Shown here: piece after piece, positions 1 to 9,805 of the stretch
Numbering within the stretch: position 1 is the first letter of the stretch
How the letters are laid out: the number at the start of each line of letters is the position of its first letter
IMG/VR virus record: IMGVR_UViG_3300027887_000012
Location: 397-64,396 of that record
DNA length: 64,000 bases
Reading direction: 5' to 3' (one strand)
DNA from: a virus
Taxonomy: Duplodnaviria; Caudoviricetes
Translations under genes and position numbers: made by a program
The notes under the pieces: model-generated
What the model was told of the DNA's origin: nothing
Databases searched by the model: none
Seen by the model: the letters and a program-made list of their open reading frames with translations, nothing else

Positions 1-21
1 ATTGCAACAACAACAACCCCA

Positions 22-570
22 ATGACAGTATCAGAGTGTAAAGACATTCTGAATCTGTCTGGCACAACCTATGATAATTTCTTCTCTGCAAATCTATACT
101 CGGTTGCAAAATACGTGAACGATTGGTCAAACAACGGACTTGCATATAAGTGGGACCCGACACTTTCAGGATATACGCAATTGCAGTCTTCAGGAAGTGC
201 AACCTCATCGAGTGCAATCCTCATGCCATGGTTAGTTGAAGGTTCGGTGGTTGTCTTCTCATCTGCGCAGGCAAAACGATACACTGAAGACCACGACTAT
301 GAGGTAAACTACGAACTTGGCACTTTGTGTTATCTTACAGGTTCAACCTATGGCACTTCAACAGGCGGGTATGCATTGATACACTATGAATTCATTTACC
401 CAAGAGGCGGAGCGAAAACCGTTGTTGCAAAACTCTTAAAACAGTCGTATGATTACGACCCAAGAATAACGTCGGAATCCGTTGGTGGATTATCGCGTTC
501 TTATTCAGGAGATATGCCTGCCGAGTATGTAAGACTCTTAAAGCCTTATCGAAAGGCGCGGTTCAGGTGA
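22..570 (+). CDS. head-tail connector/adaptor protein
   Basis: 182 aa; C-terminal SRSYSGDMPAEYVRLLKPYRKARF is typical of gp6/gp15-like adaptors; first gene of the head-completion block. Confidence 0.6.
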   Translation: MTVSECKDILNLSGTTYDNFFSANLYSVAKYVNDWSNNGLAYKWDPTLSGYTQLQSSGSATSSSAILMPWLVEGSVVVFSSAQAKRYTEDHDYEVNYELGTLCYLTGSTYGTSTGGYALIHYEFIYPRGGAKTVVAKLLKQSYDYDPRITSESVGGLSRSYSGDMPAEYVRLLKPYRKARFR

Positions 571-701
571 TTATCATTCCACTTAAACCCGGAAAGGCAA
601 ACATCGGGAAAAATATCAAGGAGTTGATGCGATCAGGACGACCAAAAAAAGAGGCAGTCGCGATTGCATTAAGTAAGGCAAAAGGAAAACAACGCAGGTG
701 A
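567..701 (+). CDS. small basic virion-cluster protein (44 aa)
   Basis: Not in ORF track; GTG start overlaps the upstream stop; translates MIIIPLKPGKANIGKNIKELMRSGRPKKEAVAIALSKAKGKQRR, resembling the small phage PLKxG...AVAIA family. Confidence 0.55.
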   Translation: MIIIPLKPGKANIGKNIKELMRSGRPKKEAVAIALSKAKGKQRR

Positions 702-1033
702 TTATCATTCTTAACGACACACTCATAAAATGGTCAAAAAACACATTACTGGTGCGACCGTTTTTGGGATTTGACGAATTCGCATCCCCTTCGTGGGCAT
801 CATCAACGGCTGAAGTGTCATACCCATCACTAATTAATAACACCGCGCGCATGATACGCGATCAAAAAGGCGTATTGGTGACTTCTCCCACGCAGATATA
901 TCTTGCAGGAAGTCCGACGATTCGGATGGAGGACAAGATTACGCTCCCAGATGGAAGTCAACCACTTATTCAATCGATACAGTATAACGATGATTTTGAT
1001 GGGAATCCTTGTTACATTGTAATTTTCACGTAG
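698..1033 (+). CDS. head closure/stopper protein
   Basis: 111 aa after adaptor; ITLPDGSQPLIQSI...YIVIF pattern typical of head-closure proteins. Confidence 0.55.
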   Translation: MIIILNDTLIKWSKNTLLVRPFLGFDEFASPSWASSTAEVSYPSLINNTARMIRDQKGVLVTSPTQIYLAGSPTIRMEDKITLPDGSQPLIQSIQYNDDFDGNPCYIVIFT

Positions 1034-1041
1034 GAGGAGTC

Positions 1042-1353
1042 ATGACCGACAGGGATGAAATCGAAAATTTTGAAAAGGAACACAACTGCTCGCAAGGTGC
1101 AACGTTGGCGGTAATTTGTGAAAAACTGGAACGCATTGAAGGCGCAATTATCAAAATCGAAAAGAAACAAGACGCATATATAAGTAAACTCAATGAGATT
1201 GCAGTTAACGATGCGAAATACCCCCCCGCAGATCAGATGAGTGTAATGGTAAGAACACTTGAACGCCACAACACCTATTTCACGATCTTCGGTGCGGCAC
1301 TCGTTTCTGCGTGGGGATTGTTAATTGTCATTATCAGTAAACTTTGGAGTTAA
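1042..1353 (+). CDS. coiled-coil protein with C-terminal transmembrane helix (holin/XhlA-like?)
   Basis: ATG 1042 after GGAGGAG; heptad region then hydrophobic YFTIFGAALVSAWGLLIVIISKLWS. Confidence 0.45.
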   Translation: MTDRDEIENFEKEHNCSQGATLAVICEKLERIEGAIIKIEKKQDAYISKLNEIAVNDAKYPPADQMSVMVRTLERHNTYFTIFGAALVSAWGLLIVIISKLWS

Positions 1354-1356
1354 CCT

Positions 1357-1830
1357 ATGGGCCGTTGGTATCCAGATCATCTTGAAATCACAATTTCGGG
1401 AATCGATGATGCGAAGGCATTACTGACAAAATGGTTGGCATCTACACCACAGTTGGTTAAAGATGCAGTGCATGATGAAATGGTTGATCTCATGAAAGAA
1501 TCTCAAAAAGAATGTCCTTATGATTATACCAACGATCACACAAAAGACCCAAACGTTCCATATCACCTGCGCGACACTGCGTTGGTCACACAATGGAGCG
1601 AACCTGATGATTATCGCATCATAACCACCGGTTCTTATGACACTCCATATGCCGTTTACGTTCATGAAATCCTTGAATATCATCACTTGCCACCAACAAA
1701 GGCAAAATTCTTGGAGGATGTTGTTAACCGCAGAGAAAACGAGTGGTTGGGGAACATCATGGAACGCGTCGGGGATTTCTACAAAGAGGCACGACCACTA
1801 TCACAGATGCAAGGAGGCAGATTCGTATGA
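1357..1830 (+). CDS. HK97 gp10-like tail completion protein
   Basis: SQKECPYD...LRDT...YAVYVHE...KAKFLED pattern; position between stopper and terminator. Confidence 0.6.
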   Translation: MGRWYPDHLEITISGIDDAKALLTKWLASTPQLVKDAVHDEMVDLMKESQKECPYDYTNDHTKDPNVPYHLRDTALVTQWSEPDDYRIITTGSYDTPYAVYVHEILEYHHLPPTKAKFLEDVVNRRENEWLGNIMERVGDFYKEARPLSQMQGGRFV

Positions 1831-2234
1831 CTTGGATACAGGATATTGCATGGACGTTAAATCAATCGACACTCAGCGTTGGATTCTCATCTACTTCAAC
1901 CAGTGCGCGCACAATCTACCTGCAAGGCAGACCGTCAACCTCTGGTTCGTTCATAGTGTTATATCCTTATGCCGGTAGAGTTCCCGAATGGACACACGAC
2001 AGAAAACGCACTGCACGCCCACGATTGAACGTGTTGGTCGTATCGACCGCAAGTGATGGAGGTTATCAGAAATCTCTTGATGTGATCACATGTCTGGACA
2101 AAATCGAAAACACCAAACTTGCACCATCTTCGGTGTTCTATCGATCTATTGATGCATTGCAAGAACCCGAATGGTTAGGTAAAGATGAAAACGGAAATGG
2201 AAATTTCGTTATTAATTTCCAAGTAATTTATTAA
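1827..2234 (+). CDS. tail terminator/minor structural protein
   Basis: ATG overlaps upstream stop; RPRLNVLV...LGKDENGNGNFVINF; directly upstream of tail tube genes. Confidence 0.55.
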   Translation: MTWIQDIAWTLNQSTLSVGFSSTSTSARTIYLQGRPSTSGSFIVLYPYAGRVPEWTHDRKRTARPRLNVLVVSTASDGGYQKSLDVITCLDKIENTKLAPSSVFYRSIDALQEPEWLGKDENGNGNFVINFQVIY

Positions 2235-2251
2235 GATAAAGGGAGGAAAAC

Positions 2252-2701
2252 ATGGCAGCTTCAGCGGCTAGAGGAAGTTTTGGTGCGTTGTTCGCAGTAA
2301 GTACCGTGGCAACATCTGCGGGCACGTTGGTGGCGATAGGTGAAATTACGACACTTACCCCACCGACATACACTGCAAACACGATCGACGTAACCAATCA
2401 AAACACCACAGAGTATTTCAAAGAGTATGTTGTAGGCGTGCGTGACGGTGGTTCATTATCATTCACTGCGAACTATATCAGTTCATCAAGTGGGCATACT
2501 GATAAGATACCCAACGCGTTCTACAACGGATCAAAACTTGGGTGGAAGATTACACTCGCAGGTGCGTCGTCAATGAACATCTGGTACGGGTATGGATACA
2601 TCACTTCATATCAGATGCAGAGCCCGCCTGATGGTGCAGTCACATTCGCATGTTCGATGAAGATTACCGGGAAACCCGTGGGTCCCGCGGATTCAACGTG
2701 A
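2252..2701 (+). CDS. tail tube (major tail) protein 1
   Basis: IGEITTLTPP...IDVT...KEYVVGVRDGGSLSF...VTFACSMKITGKP, lambda gpV/Phage_tube-like. Confidence 0.8.
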   Translation: MAASAARGSFGALFAVSTVATSAGTLVAIGEITTLTPPTYTANTIDVTNQNTTEYFKEYVVGVRDGGSLSFTANYISSSSGHTDKIPNAFYNGSKLGWKITLAGASSMNIWYGYGYITSYQMQSPPDGAVTFACSMKITGKPVGPADST

Positions 2702-2710
2702 GGTAAATAA

Positions 2711-3190
2711 ATGGCAGCTTCAGCGGCTAGAGGAAGTTTCGGTGCGTTGTTCTATGTTGGGTCAACAGTCTATGCCTCAACCTTATACGCAACAACAACC
2801 GCAACATGGACGGCAGTAGGGGAAGTCCTGACCGTATCAGCGCCGTCATATACGGCAAACGTCATTGATCTGACAAATCAGAACACCACAGAATATTTCA
2901 AGGAATCACTTGTCGGTGTTCGTGATCCCGGGTCATTGACCGTAACATGCAACTATCTATCAACATCAGTCGCGCACATGTCGATTCCCAACTTCTATTT
3001 CTACAACGGATACAAGTTGGCGTGGGGATTGAACTTGTCGGGAACATCGTCAATGAACACGTTTGGTGGGTTTGGATATATCACAAACTATCAAGTCACC
3101 AGTCCACCCGATGGTGCAGTTGGATTCACCTGCACAATCAAAATCACAGGAAAACCCGTGGGTCCAGTTAGTGGTTCGTCATTCTGTTAA
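2711..3190 (+). CDS. tail tube (major tail) protein 2, paralog
   Basis: Same motifs as 2252-2701; 41 of the first 42 nt are identical. Confidence 0.8.
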   Translation: MAASAARGSFGALFYVGSTVYASTLYATTTATWTAVGEVLTVSAPSYTANVIDLTNQNTTEYFKESLVGVRDPGSLTVTCNYLSTSVAHMSIPNFYFYNGYKLAWGLNLSGTSSMNTFGGFGYITNYQVTSPPDGAVGFTCTIKITGKPVGPVSGSSFC

Positions 3191-3202
3191 AGAAGGTGTA
3201 TC

Positions 3203-3814
3203 ATGTATTCCACCCTTCTTTTTTTAGATAGACCGCGTCATTTAAGATATGACATTCAGGCGGTTGTTGATCTCGATCAACTTTTACCAGAGGGGTTTAA
3301 AACAATCTTCAAGATGAGTGCAAACATGGACTCATTAAAAATTATATTCTGGGCAGGATTAAAACACGAAAACAAGGATTTGACCTTTGATGAGGTTAAG
3401 GGATATATAACTCATGCAATTGAGCAAGGAACTACAATAGAAAAACTACTTGAAATGTTCACACGCACAATTTGGGATCAGGGGTGGTTATCAAAATCGC
3501 AGGAAAAAAGTGTTAACCCGATTGATATTGAATCATTAATCTTACAGATGGAAGAAACAAACTATAAATTATTACATCTAACCCCAAAGGATTTCTATGC
3601 GCTCACACCGCAGGAATTCATTAAATTAGTTGAGTTTTGGAACGAACATGACAATAGAAACACCGCGTTAATCTGCGCGACAATTTGCAATGCGATGGGC
3701 GCGACAAAAACTGGTAATATTCAGTTTACGGTTGAGGATTTCTTACCAAAGACAAAATCAAAATCGCAGACCCCGGAACAGATGAAAAATATTTTGATGG
3801 GAGCGTTTGGATAA
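3203..3814 (+). CDS. tail assembly chaperone (gpG- and gpT-like parts in one ORF)
   Basis: N-part LRYD...IIFWAGLKH...LTFDEV; C-part LTPKDFYALTPQEF...EDFLP...QTPEQM; between tube and tape measure. Confidence 0.7.
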   Translation: MYSTLLFLDRPRHLRYDIQAVVDLDQLLPEGFKTIFKMSANMDSLKIIFWAGLKHENKDLTFDEVKGYITHAIEQGTTIEKLLEMFTRTIWDQGWLSKSQEKSVNPIDIESLILQMEETNYKLLHLTPKDFYALTPQEFIKLVEFWNEHDNRNTALICATICNAMGATKTGNIQFTVEDFLPKTKSKSQTPEQMKNILMGAFG

Positions 3815-5685
3815 TGGCGACTGAACAAGAGATCGGGACATTGGTTACAAAATTTGTTGCAGATTTAACTTCATTACAACAAGGTGTGGCTGAATATGAC
3901 AAGGAAATGGATAAAGCTGCGGCATCTACTGCAAAAACAACAACTGCAACAGATCAAGCTAAAAAATCAACGGGATCATTAAATACAGAAATGGTAAATC
4001 TTGCGGCGTCATTATACAACGCACAGTTTATATACAATATTACCACGCAGGAACTACAAAAATATATCGATAAAACGGTTGAAGCTTACGACGCCGTATG
4101 GGCATTTCATCGTATGACAGGGATATCGGTAGAACAATCAGGACGATGGAAAGAAGCTCTTGAACCAATTGGATTGAGTCTGGATAGTTTAACAATGAGT
4201 TATCGATTGTTCTCCAATCAGATGCAATCTGCGCAAACGGGAACGGGGCAAGCCGCGGACGCATTTAGAGAATTGCATGTTAATCTTAAAGACGCAAACG
4301 GGCAGTTTAAAGACAGTAACACCTTGATGATTGAAACAATCTCCGCGTTAGAGAAACTACCAGATGGTCAACAGAAAAACGCACTTGCAATGGACATATT
4401 TGGTAGGAGTTATATGAACATCAACAAACTTTTAGAACATGGTGTTGACGTTCAAAAAATGTTAAATGAGGCAAACTCTGATGGATATTCAGACAAAAAC
4501 TTACAGGCAGTTAAAGATTATGAAACGGCAACCAACAAATTAAACTCTACAATCGACACTCTTTATCGTAACGTAGGCGAAAAACTTTTACCGGTATTTA
4601 CTAACCTTACAAATTTTATTACCAATTCGTTTATACCTTCTATGACAAACGCGTTAGACCCCCTCTTTAAACACATTGAGTATTATGGATACATGTGGAA
4701 AGAGATAGGTCAGGGGAAAACCATAAAGGACATGTTCTCATTTGATGAATACTTCACGCAACAAAAAATTAATACGGCAAGTGAGAAACAACAAACCTCT
4801 GAAACCCCGACTACACCAAAAAAGACAACTTGGGCAGATTATACTACCTCACCCACTGGTTCCGCGGGCAGTTCGCCACCAGATGATTTTCTTTTATCAA
4901 AAGGTGAAGTTGGGATACGAGCTGCTGGTAAAGAGATTAATCCTGCAACAGGGAAACCATGGCTTACCCAAGAGGAGGTTACAAAATATATACTTGCATA
5001 TCACAAAATCATGGAAGGACGCGTTGCCACTGATATGGAGGAATTACAAATACTGCAAAACATATTAAATCAACAGAAACGCGATAATGAAGATTACGCG
5101 CAGACCAAAAAAGATATTGATAATAAGGTTGCAGAAACCACGATCGATGTTGCACGAACTCAAAACAAAACACTTATAAAAGAATGGGATGGTGTTGCGA
5201 AGGCAATCGCGGCAAATCCTGCAAACGCAAAAATCATAATAACAACAGAGTATGGTTCAGGAGGAGGAGGCACGACAACGCCAACCTCAAACACAGTATG
5301 GAACGGGCCCGTTCCCGCAGGAGAACCCGCAGGAGGGTGGGCGGCATCTACGGATTATCAATTATGGATGGCTTCCGCATACGCTTCTAATACTGTTACG
5401 TATCAACAGGCGATTGAGGCGTGGGCACGTGGGGAATGGTTACCAAACGTGGTATCAGTTTTCAAACACAAGGCATTGGGTGGACCCGTTACTGCGGGAA
5501 TGCCATATGTCGTTGGCGAATCGGGCCCAGAAATATTCGCGCCTGATACCAATGGAACAATCTTACCTAACATGTCAACTGGTGGTACTGCGAACATCTA
5601 CGTTGAGCTTGACGGTGATATAATCGCGCAGAAAATAGCTGCACCTTTGGTCAGTGAAATCAGAGTGAGGACGGGAATAAGATGA
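3814..5685 (+). CDS. tail tape measure protein
   Basis: 623 aa; EIGTLVTKFVAD start, helical A/Q/E-rich body, ALGGPV...YVVGESGPEIFAP C-terminal motif. Confidence 0.85.
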   Translation: MATEQEIGTLVTKFVADLTSLQQGVAEYDKEMDKAAASTAKTTTATDQAKKSTGSLNTEMVNLAASLYNAQFIYNITTQELQKYIDKTVEAYDAVWAFHRMTGISVEQSGRWKEALEPIGLSLDSLTMSYRLFSNQMQSAQTGTGQAADAFRELHVNLKDANGQFKDSNTLMIETISALEKLPDGQQKNALAMDIFGRSYMNINKLLEHGVDVQKMLNEANSDGYSDKNLQAVKDYETATNKLNSTIDTLYRNVGEKLLPVFTNLTNFITNSFIPSMTNALDPLFKHIEYYGYMWKEIGQGKTIKDMFSFDEYFTQQKINTASEKQQTSETPTTPKKTTWADYTTSPTGSAGSSPPDDFLLSKGEVGIRAAGKEINPATGKPWLTQEEVTKYILAYHKIMEGRVATDMEELQILQNILNQQKRDNEDYAQTKKDIDNKVAETTIDVARTQNKTLIKEWDGVAKAIAANPANAKIIITTEYGSGGGGTTTPTSNTVWNGPVPAGEPAGGWAASTDYQLWMASAYASNTVTYQQAIEAWARGEWLPNVVSVFKHKALGGPVTAGMPYVVGESGPEIFAPDTNGTILPNMSTGGTANIYVELDGDIIAQKIAAPLVSEIRVRTGIR

Positions 5686-7757
5686 GTAACCTGAATTTGT
5701 TGATTGGGGGTGCGCAATATTATCCTGTAATGAATACGTTACAGATTAACAATTCTTTGGGTACGCGAGGTGTTGCGCAGTTTCAGGTATGGGACCCGGG
5801 TTCCACAATGTCATTTTCAATCGGTGAAAACATACAGATTATTAATAGTTCAACTCCTATAACTACAACCACATATTATCCCCCGGCATATTCAAGCACT
5901 TATGTTAAAGCAACGACTGAACTAGCAACATTTGAAGCCTATAATGGGGTAGACCCTTCAAAATCATTGGTTGGACTTGGTGGGGGTGTTAGCTGGTGTT
6001 CGACATTAGCTAGTAATATTAATCAAAGATTTCACATAGATTTGGGTAGTGCGATTGTAATCAATCAACTCTGTTATGAAAACCGACATGCAACGGGTGG
6101 GCAAACCGATCAGGGTGTGAAAAATTTTACTGTATGGGGGAGTAATACTGCCGCATCATTCGCTGATTTGGACTATACCCATGACGCGAATTGGACGCAG
6201 ATAACTACAGATTCAACACGCTTTGAACCCCATATGGCTATTGACCAACCCGATCCAAGATATATTCTACTCAATAACACAACCGCATATCGGTATTATT
6301 GCCTGAAATTTGCGGATACGTGGCTTACTGTATCCTCGGCATATATGAGCATACGTAGATTAAGCTTCCAATATGCCCCAAGGTATATTTGGTCAGGTGT
6401 TATCCAGAAAATGAATAAAAAACTCCCTGCCGATAATGGCATTATGCACAAAATCACCGGAGTAACTTGGGATTATGCGGTTGATAAACGGCGGGTCGTT
6501 GCGGGATATAATGTTGCCGCGCCAACATCTACATCCTACATGGGAATGGCAGGATGGTCATCTCAATTATCTGCCGATGTTGTCATTCTGGATATGATAA
6601 ATAATGTTTTATATAGTGAAGGAATCTATCCCGGCGTGATATCATCAGGGGCAACACTTAATAGCGCAGTCTATAATTATATTAAACCCTCACAAATCCT
6701 TGATAAATTAGCCGATTTATCAGGGTATATATGGCAAATTAATCCAAATAAAACACTGGATTTCAAACCATATGATTTCATGACATTCCCTTTCACCTTG
6801 GGTTCATCAGATATGATTAAGGAATCTGTTACCCTTGAAACTGGAAGCCCTCAATACCGCAATACTCAAATTATTGTGGGGGGGTTACAACTTACTTCAT
6901 CCACACAAAGCGAATATCAATATGGGGATGGTAAAAAACAAGCCTTTGTTATCCCCTATCAGGTGATGAAAGCCCCGGATATCTACGTGGTTGCGGGAGC
7001 TCCGGCAACAAGTTCCCAACAGACCGTAGGGATTCAAGGGATTGATACAACTGCTCAATGGTATTGGTCAAAATACTCAAATATAATCAGTCAAATCACA
7101 AGTGGAACTGCATTATCTACAGCACAACAACTACATATTAATTATACAGGGGGATTTCCTTGTATAGCGCGCGCGGATGATTTCGCATCACAAGCCACAT
7201 TACGGGCGATTGAAGGCGGATCGGGTATTGTTGAAGATGTTATCCTTGAAAATTCATTTACTTTATACCCAGATAATATCACTTTAGCATCACAAATGTT
7301 ATCAAAATATTCCACTGATAATGACACAATGCGATTTAAAACATATAATACCAATCTCACTGCCGGAACAATTCTAATCGTAGACGCAACGCAATTTGGA
7401 TATACATCAGAACAATTTTTGGTCAAGGACGTTTCCATCACCGAAGAAGATGCCTCATATTTAAAAAGTGATGTAACCTGCATATCTGGGTATGATATGG
7501 GGGGATGGAGTAAATTCTTCAGTAATATATTGTTAAATTCCATTGAAAAAGATATTTGGGAAGGGGCTGTAACCGGGGATTATATATCCGTATCAAACTC
7601 TGTTGGTGAAGGTGAGGCGTGGGGAGAAACAGTTGCGCAATCAACATTTGCATGTCCTATCCCAACATCGGTCACATCTTCAGATGCCGCATATCACAAC
7701 TACCCAACATCTTCAAATGAAGTATGGAGTACAAATGTTGTGGGATATCCGTGTTAG
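5682..7757 (+). CDS. tail tip/hub protein with inserted discoidin (F5/8-type)-like domain
   Basis: 691 aa after TMP; hub motifs (QILDKLADLSGYIWQINPNKTLDF, YRNTQII); insert with FHIDLGSAIVINQL...KNFTVWGSN...YRYYCLKF. Confidence 0.6.
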   Translation: MSNLNLLIGGAQYYPVMNTLQINNSLGTRGVAQFQVWDPGSTMSFSIGENIQIINSSTPITTTTYYPPAYSSTYVKATTELATFEAYNGVDPSKSLVGLGGGVSWCSTLASNINQRFHIDLGSAIVINQLCYENRHATGGQTDQGVKNFTVWGSNTAASFADLDYTHDANWTQITTDSTRFEPHMAIDQPDPRYILLNNTTAYRYYCLKFADTWLTVSSAYMSIRRLSFQYAPRYIWSGVIQKMNKKLPADNGIMHKITGVTWDYAVDKRRVVAGYNVAAPTSTSYMGMAGWSSQLSADVVILDMINNVLYSEGIYPGVISSGATLNSAVYNYIKPSQILDKLADLSGYIWQINPNKTLDFKPYDFMTFPFTLGSSDMIKESVTLETGSPQYRNTQIIVGGLQLTSSTQSEYQYGDGKKQAFVIPYQVMKAPDIYVVAGAPATSSQQTVGIQGIDTTAQWYWSKYSNIISQITSGTALSTAQQLHINYTGGFPCIARADDFASQATLRAIEGGSGIVEDVILENSFTLYPDNITLASQMLSKYSTDNDTMRFKTYNTNLTAGTILIVDATQFGYTSEQFLVKDVSITEEDASYLKSDVTCISGYDMGGWSKFFSNILLNSIEKDIWEGAVTGDYISVSNSVGEGEAWGETVAQSTFACPIPTSVTSSDAAYHNYPTSSNEVWSTNVVGYPC

Positions 7758-7766
7758 GAGGTAAAA

Positions 7767-8222
7767 ATGTATAGTTGGTTTGAGAATATTTTAATTGAAG
7801 TGCGTAATGAAAAAGGGATTATTGTTGATACAACTCAACATAGTAACAAGGTTATGAATGGTGGGTTAAACTGGATTGCAGATTCGTTGAGAAGTACTGC
7901 ATTCACTCCGAAAATCACCTATCTCGCGATAGGGGGTACAAGTTCGGCGATTTCAAGCACACAAACTGCATTATCCACGGAGACTTTTAGAAAACTGGTT
8001 ACCAATCAAACAAGCGGTGCGGTAGGTGTATGCAACACGATAACCTATATCGCACCATCCGAGGCACTTGGAACAATCGCAGAACTGGGTTGGTTCGCGG
8101 GAACCTCTGCCACCGCAGTTGCAGGCTCTGGTTGTATGATTTCGCGATATCTTTACGCACACACAAAAACCGCACTGGAAAGTATCACCGTGACACGAAC
8201 AGACACATTCACCGCAACGTGA
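7767..8222 (+). CDS. baseplate/tail fibre-associated protein
   Basis: YLAIGG...TALSTETFRKLV...ELGWFAG...TKTALESITVT, a family seen next to fibre genes. Confidence 0.5.
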   Translation: MYSWFENILIEVRNEKGIIVDTTQHSNKVMNGGLNWIADSLRSTAFTPKITYLAIGGTSSAISSTQTALSTETFRKLVTNQTSGAVGVCNTITYIAPSEALGTIAELGWFAGTSATAVAGSGCMISRYLYAHTKTALESITVTRTDTFTAT

Positions 8223-8232
8223 GGTAAAAACA

Positions 8233-8856
8233 ATGACCGTTTACGTAAAAACCGCATGGAGTACATCAACCGCACCCGGGATATCCGCAGGTAATCTCAA
8301 CAATCTTGAAACACAATATGATTGTTTTGTATCTTCATATTCAACAAACACACCATTACCCGATTCGACAACACCAACAACAGGCACATCTTCCTATTGG
8401 TCGCAGGGTGATCACGTTCATCAAGTCCCGATGTTGTTCTGGAAAACAACAGTATCAGACACGTTGATATTGAGTACAGATTCCTCGGGGAGTTACGATA
8501 CTGCTGGTGCGTGGGTTGCAGTGCGTTCGTTCACTATCCCACCACAGGTTGTTATAGGTAGTTCGTTCCGATTCAAAGTAGATATCGGTGCCTATTCAAG
8601 CGCGGTTGATTACTCGTTTTACAGGGGAAAGATCGGTGGTTCGTTTGCATCGACAGAAACATACGCGTGGGATCGGTCAACCGACTGGTTAACCGGTACT
8701 TTTGATGTGACATACAACGGACCCAACGTGGCGGCGGGATATTACGGGCAAGCGATACTTTATGTGTATAATGTCGCGGGTCAGGGTGCGTGTTGTTATC
8801 GCAATTTCAGAATGTATGGTGACACAACCGCGGGTGTACCATCATTGTGGGGGTAA
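8233..8856 (+). CDS. tail fibre/receptor-binding protein paralog 1
   Basis: MTVYVKTAWSTSTAPGISAGNLNNLETQYD N-terminus shared with next ORF; S/T-rich. Confidence 0.6.
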   Translation: MTVYVKTAWSTSTAPGISAGNLNNLETQYDCFVSSYSTNTPLPDSTTPTTGTSSYWSQGDHVHQVPMLFWKTTVSDTLILSTDSSGSYDTAGAWVAVRSFTIPPQVVIGSSFRFKVDIGAYSSAVDYSFYRGKIGGSFASTETYAWDRSTDWLTGTFDVTYNGPNVAAGYYGQAILYVYNVAGQGACCYRNFRMYGDTTAGVPSLWG

Positions 8857-8859
8857 AAT

Positions 8860-9441
8860 ATGACAGTTTACGCAAAAACTACATGGGTGGCATCAACGGC
8901 ACCCGGGATTAGTGCGACTGCACTTAATAATCTTGAAACGCAATACGATGACGCAATGACGCAATATTCAACATATGTCCCGATTGCCGCATCAACAACA
9001 CCAACAGTAGGTTCGACAACACATTGGGCGCGCGGGGATCACGTTCATAATATCCCAAACCTATTCCAAAAAACGACTGCATCCAACACACTTCGATTAA
9101 GTAACGATACAGAAATTGTTGTCGCGTCAACTGCGGGAGCCGTGGAGAAAACACTACTCATACCACCGCATATAGTATTGGGTAGTTCGATACGCGTGAA
9201 ATTTGAAGGGTATAGTACGAGTGATGGGACGGTGAGTTTCAGCGGTGCGGTAGTTTCAACAGGTGTTCAAATGACTGCAACGGCAACCTATTCGACATAC
9301 TCATATGACTTGACCTATGTGGCATTCGGTACGATAAATCTTAATCTAATGAGTCCGTTTAATACATGGTACACGCACATAAGAAACTTCAGAGTTTACG
9401 CAGAAACAACCCCCGCGTTCCCCGCAACCTCATGGGCATAA
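8860..9441 (+). CDS. tail fibre/receptor-binding protein paralog 2
   Basis: Shares STAPGISA.xLNNLETQYD, GDHVH, KTT.S.TL.LS and RNFR.Y with 8233-8856; central part diverged. Confidence 0.6.
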   Translation: MTVYAKTTWVASTAPGISATALNNLETQYDDAMTQYSTYVPIAASTTPTVGSTTHWARGDHVHNIPNLFQKTTASNTLRLSNDTEIVVASTAGAVEKTLLIPPHIVLGSSIRVKFEGYSTSDGTVSFSGAVVSTGVQMTATATYSTYSYDLTYVAFGTINLNLMSPFNTWYTHIRNFRVYAETTPAFPATSWA

Positions 9442-9474
9442 TCTTTATTAATATGCGCGATCAACACTAATATA

Positions 9475-9590
9475 CCATCGAATCACTCCCGATGGCATCA
9501 ACTCCGGACAATCCCCAGATCAAGGGATGCCGTATCTCAACGGCATGTCCTCTTTTTTATTTTTTCTTGTTTTTTCTTATTTTTCCTCAT
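9475..9590 (+). terminator. three hairpins followed by long T-rich tract ending the tail operon
   Basis: ccatcg/cgatgg, atccc/gggat and atgccg/cggcat stems, then repeated T5-T7 runs to ~9590. Confidence 0.55.
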
Positions 9591-9625
9591 AACGTTTATT
9601 AATGTGTTACACATAACAGTAATAC

Positions 9626-9805
9626 ATGAAGTTTAAATGTGAAGATACCCCTCACACCGTGAGGTTGACTGCGCGCGAACAAAACATCGTTCGGGTGTTG
9701 ATGGAATCAGAGGGTCAGACCTTCAGCGAAATTGTAAGGAACGCAATTGTGAAATATGGCAGTCAAAAAAAGGTGAGGACTGATAAAGATGGCAACATTG
9801 TGTAA
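9626..9805 (+). CDS. ribbon-helix-helix transcription regulator (59 aa, apparently leaderless)
   Basis: Not in ORF track; MKFKCEDTPHTVRLTAREQNIVRVLMESEGQTFSEIVRNAIVKYG...; TVRL strand and TFSEIVRNAI helix are CopG/Arc-like. Confidence 0.65.
   Translation: MKFKCEDTPHTVRLTAREQNIVRVLMESEGQTFSEIVRNAIVKYGSQKKVRTDKDGNIV

Noticed and set aside
8233-9590. Diversity-generating retroelement (paralogous fibre ends followed by hairpins; DUF2341 protein elsewhere)
   Set aside because: No reverse transcriptase ORF was recognised. The two 3' ends differ at many non-adenine positions, so they are not a TR/VR pair.
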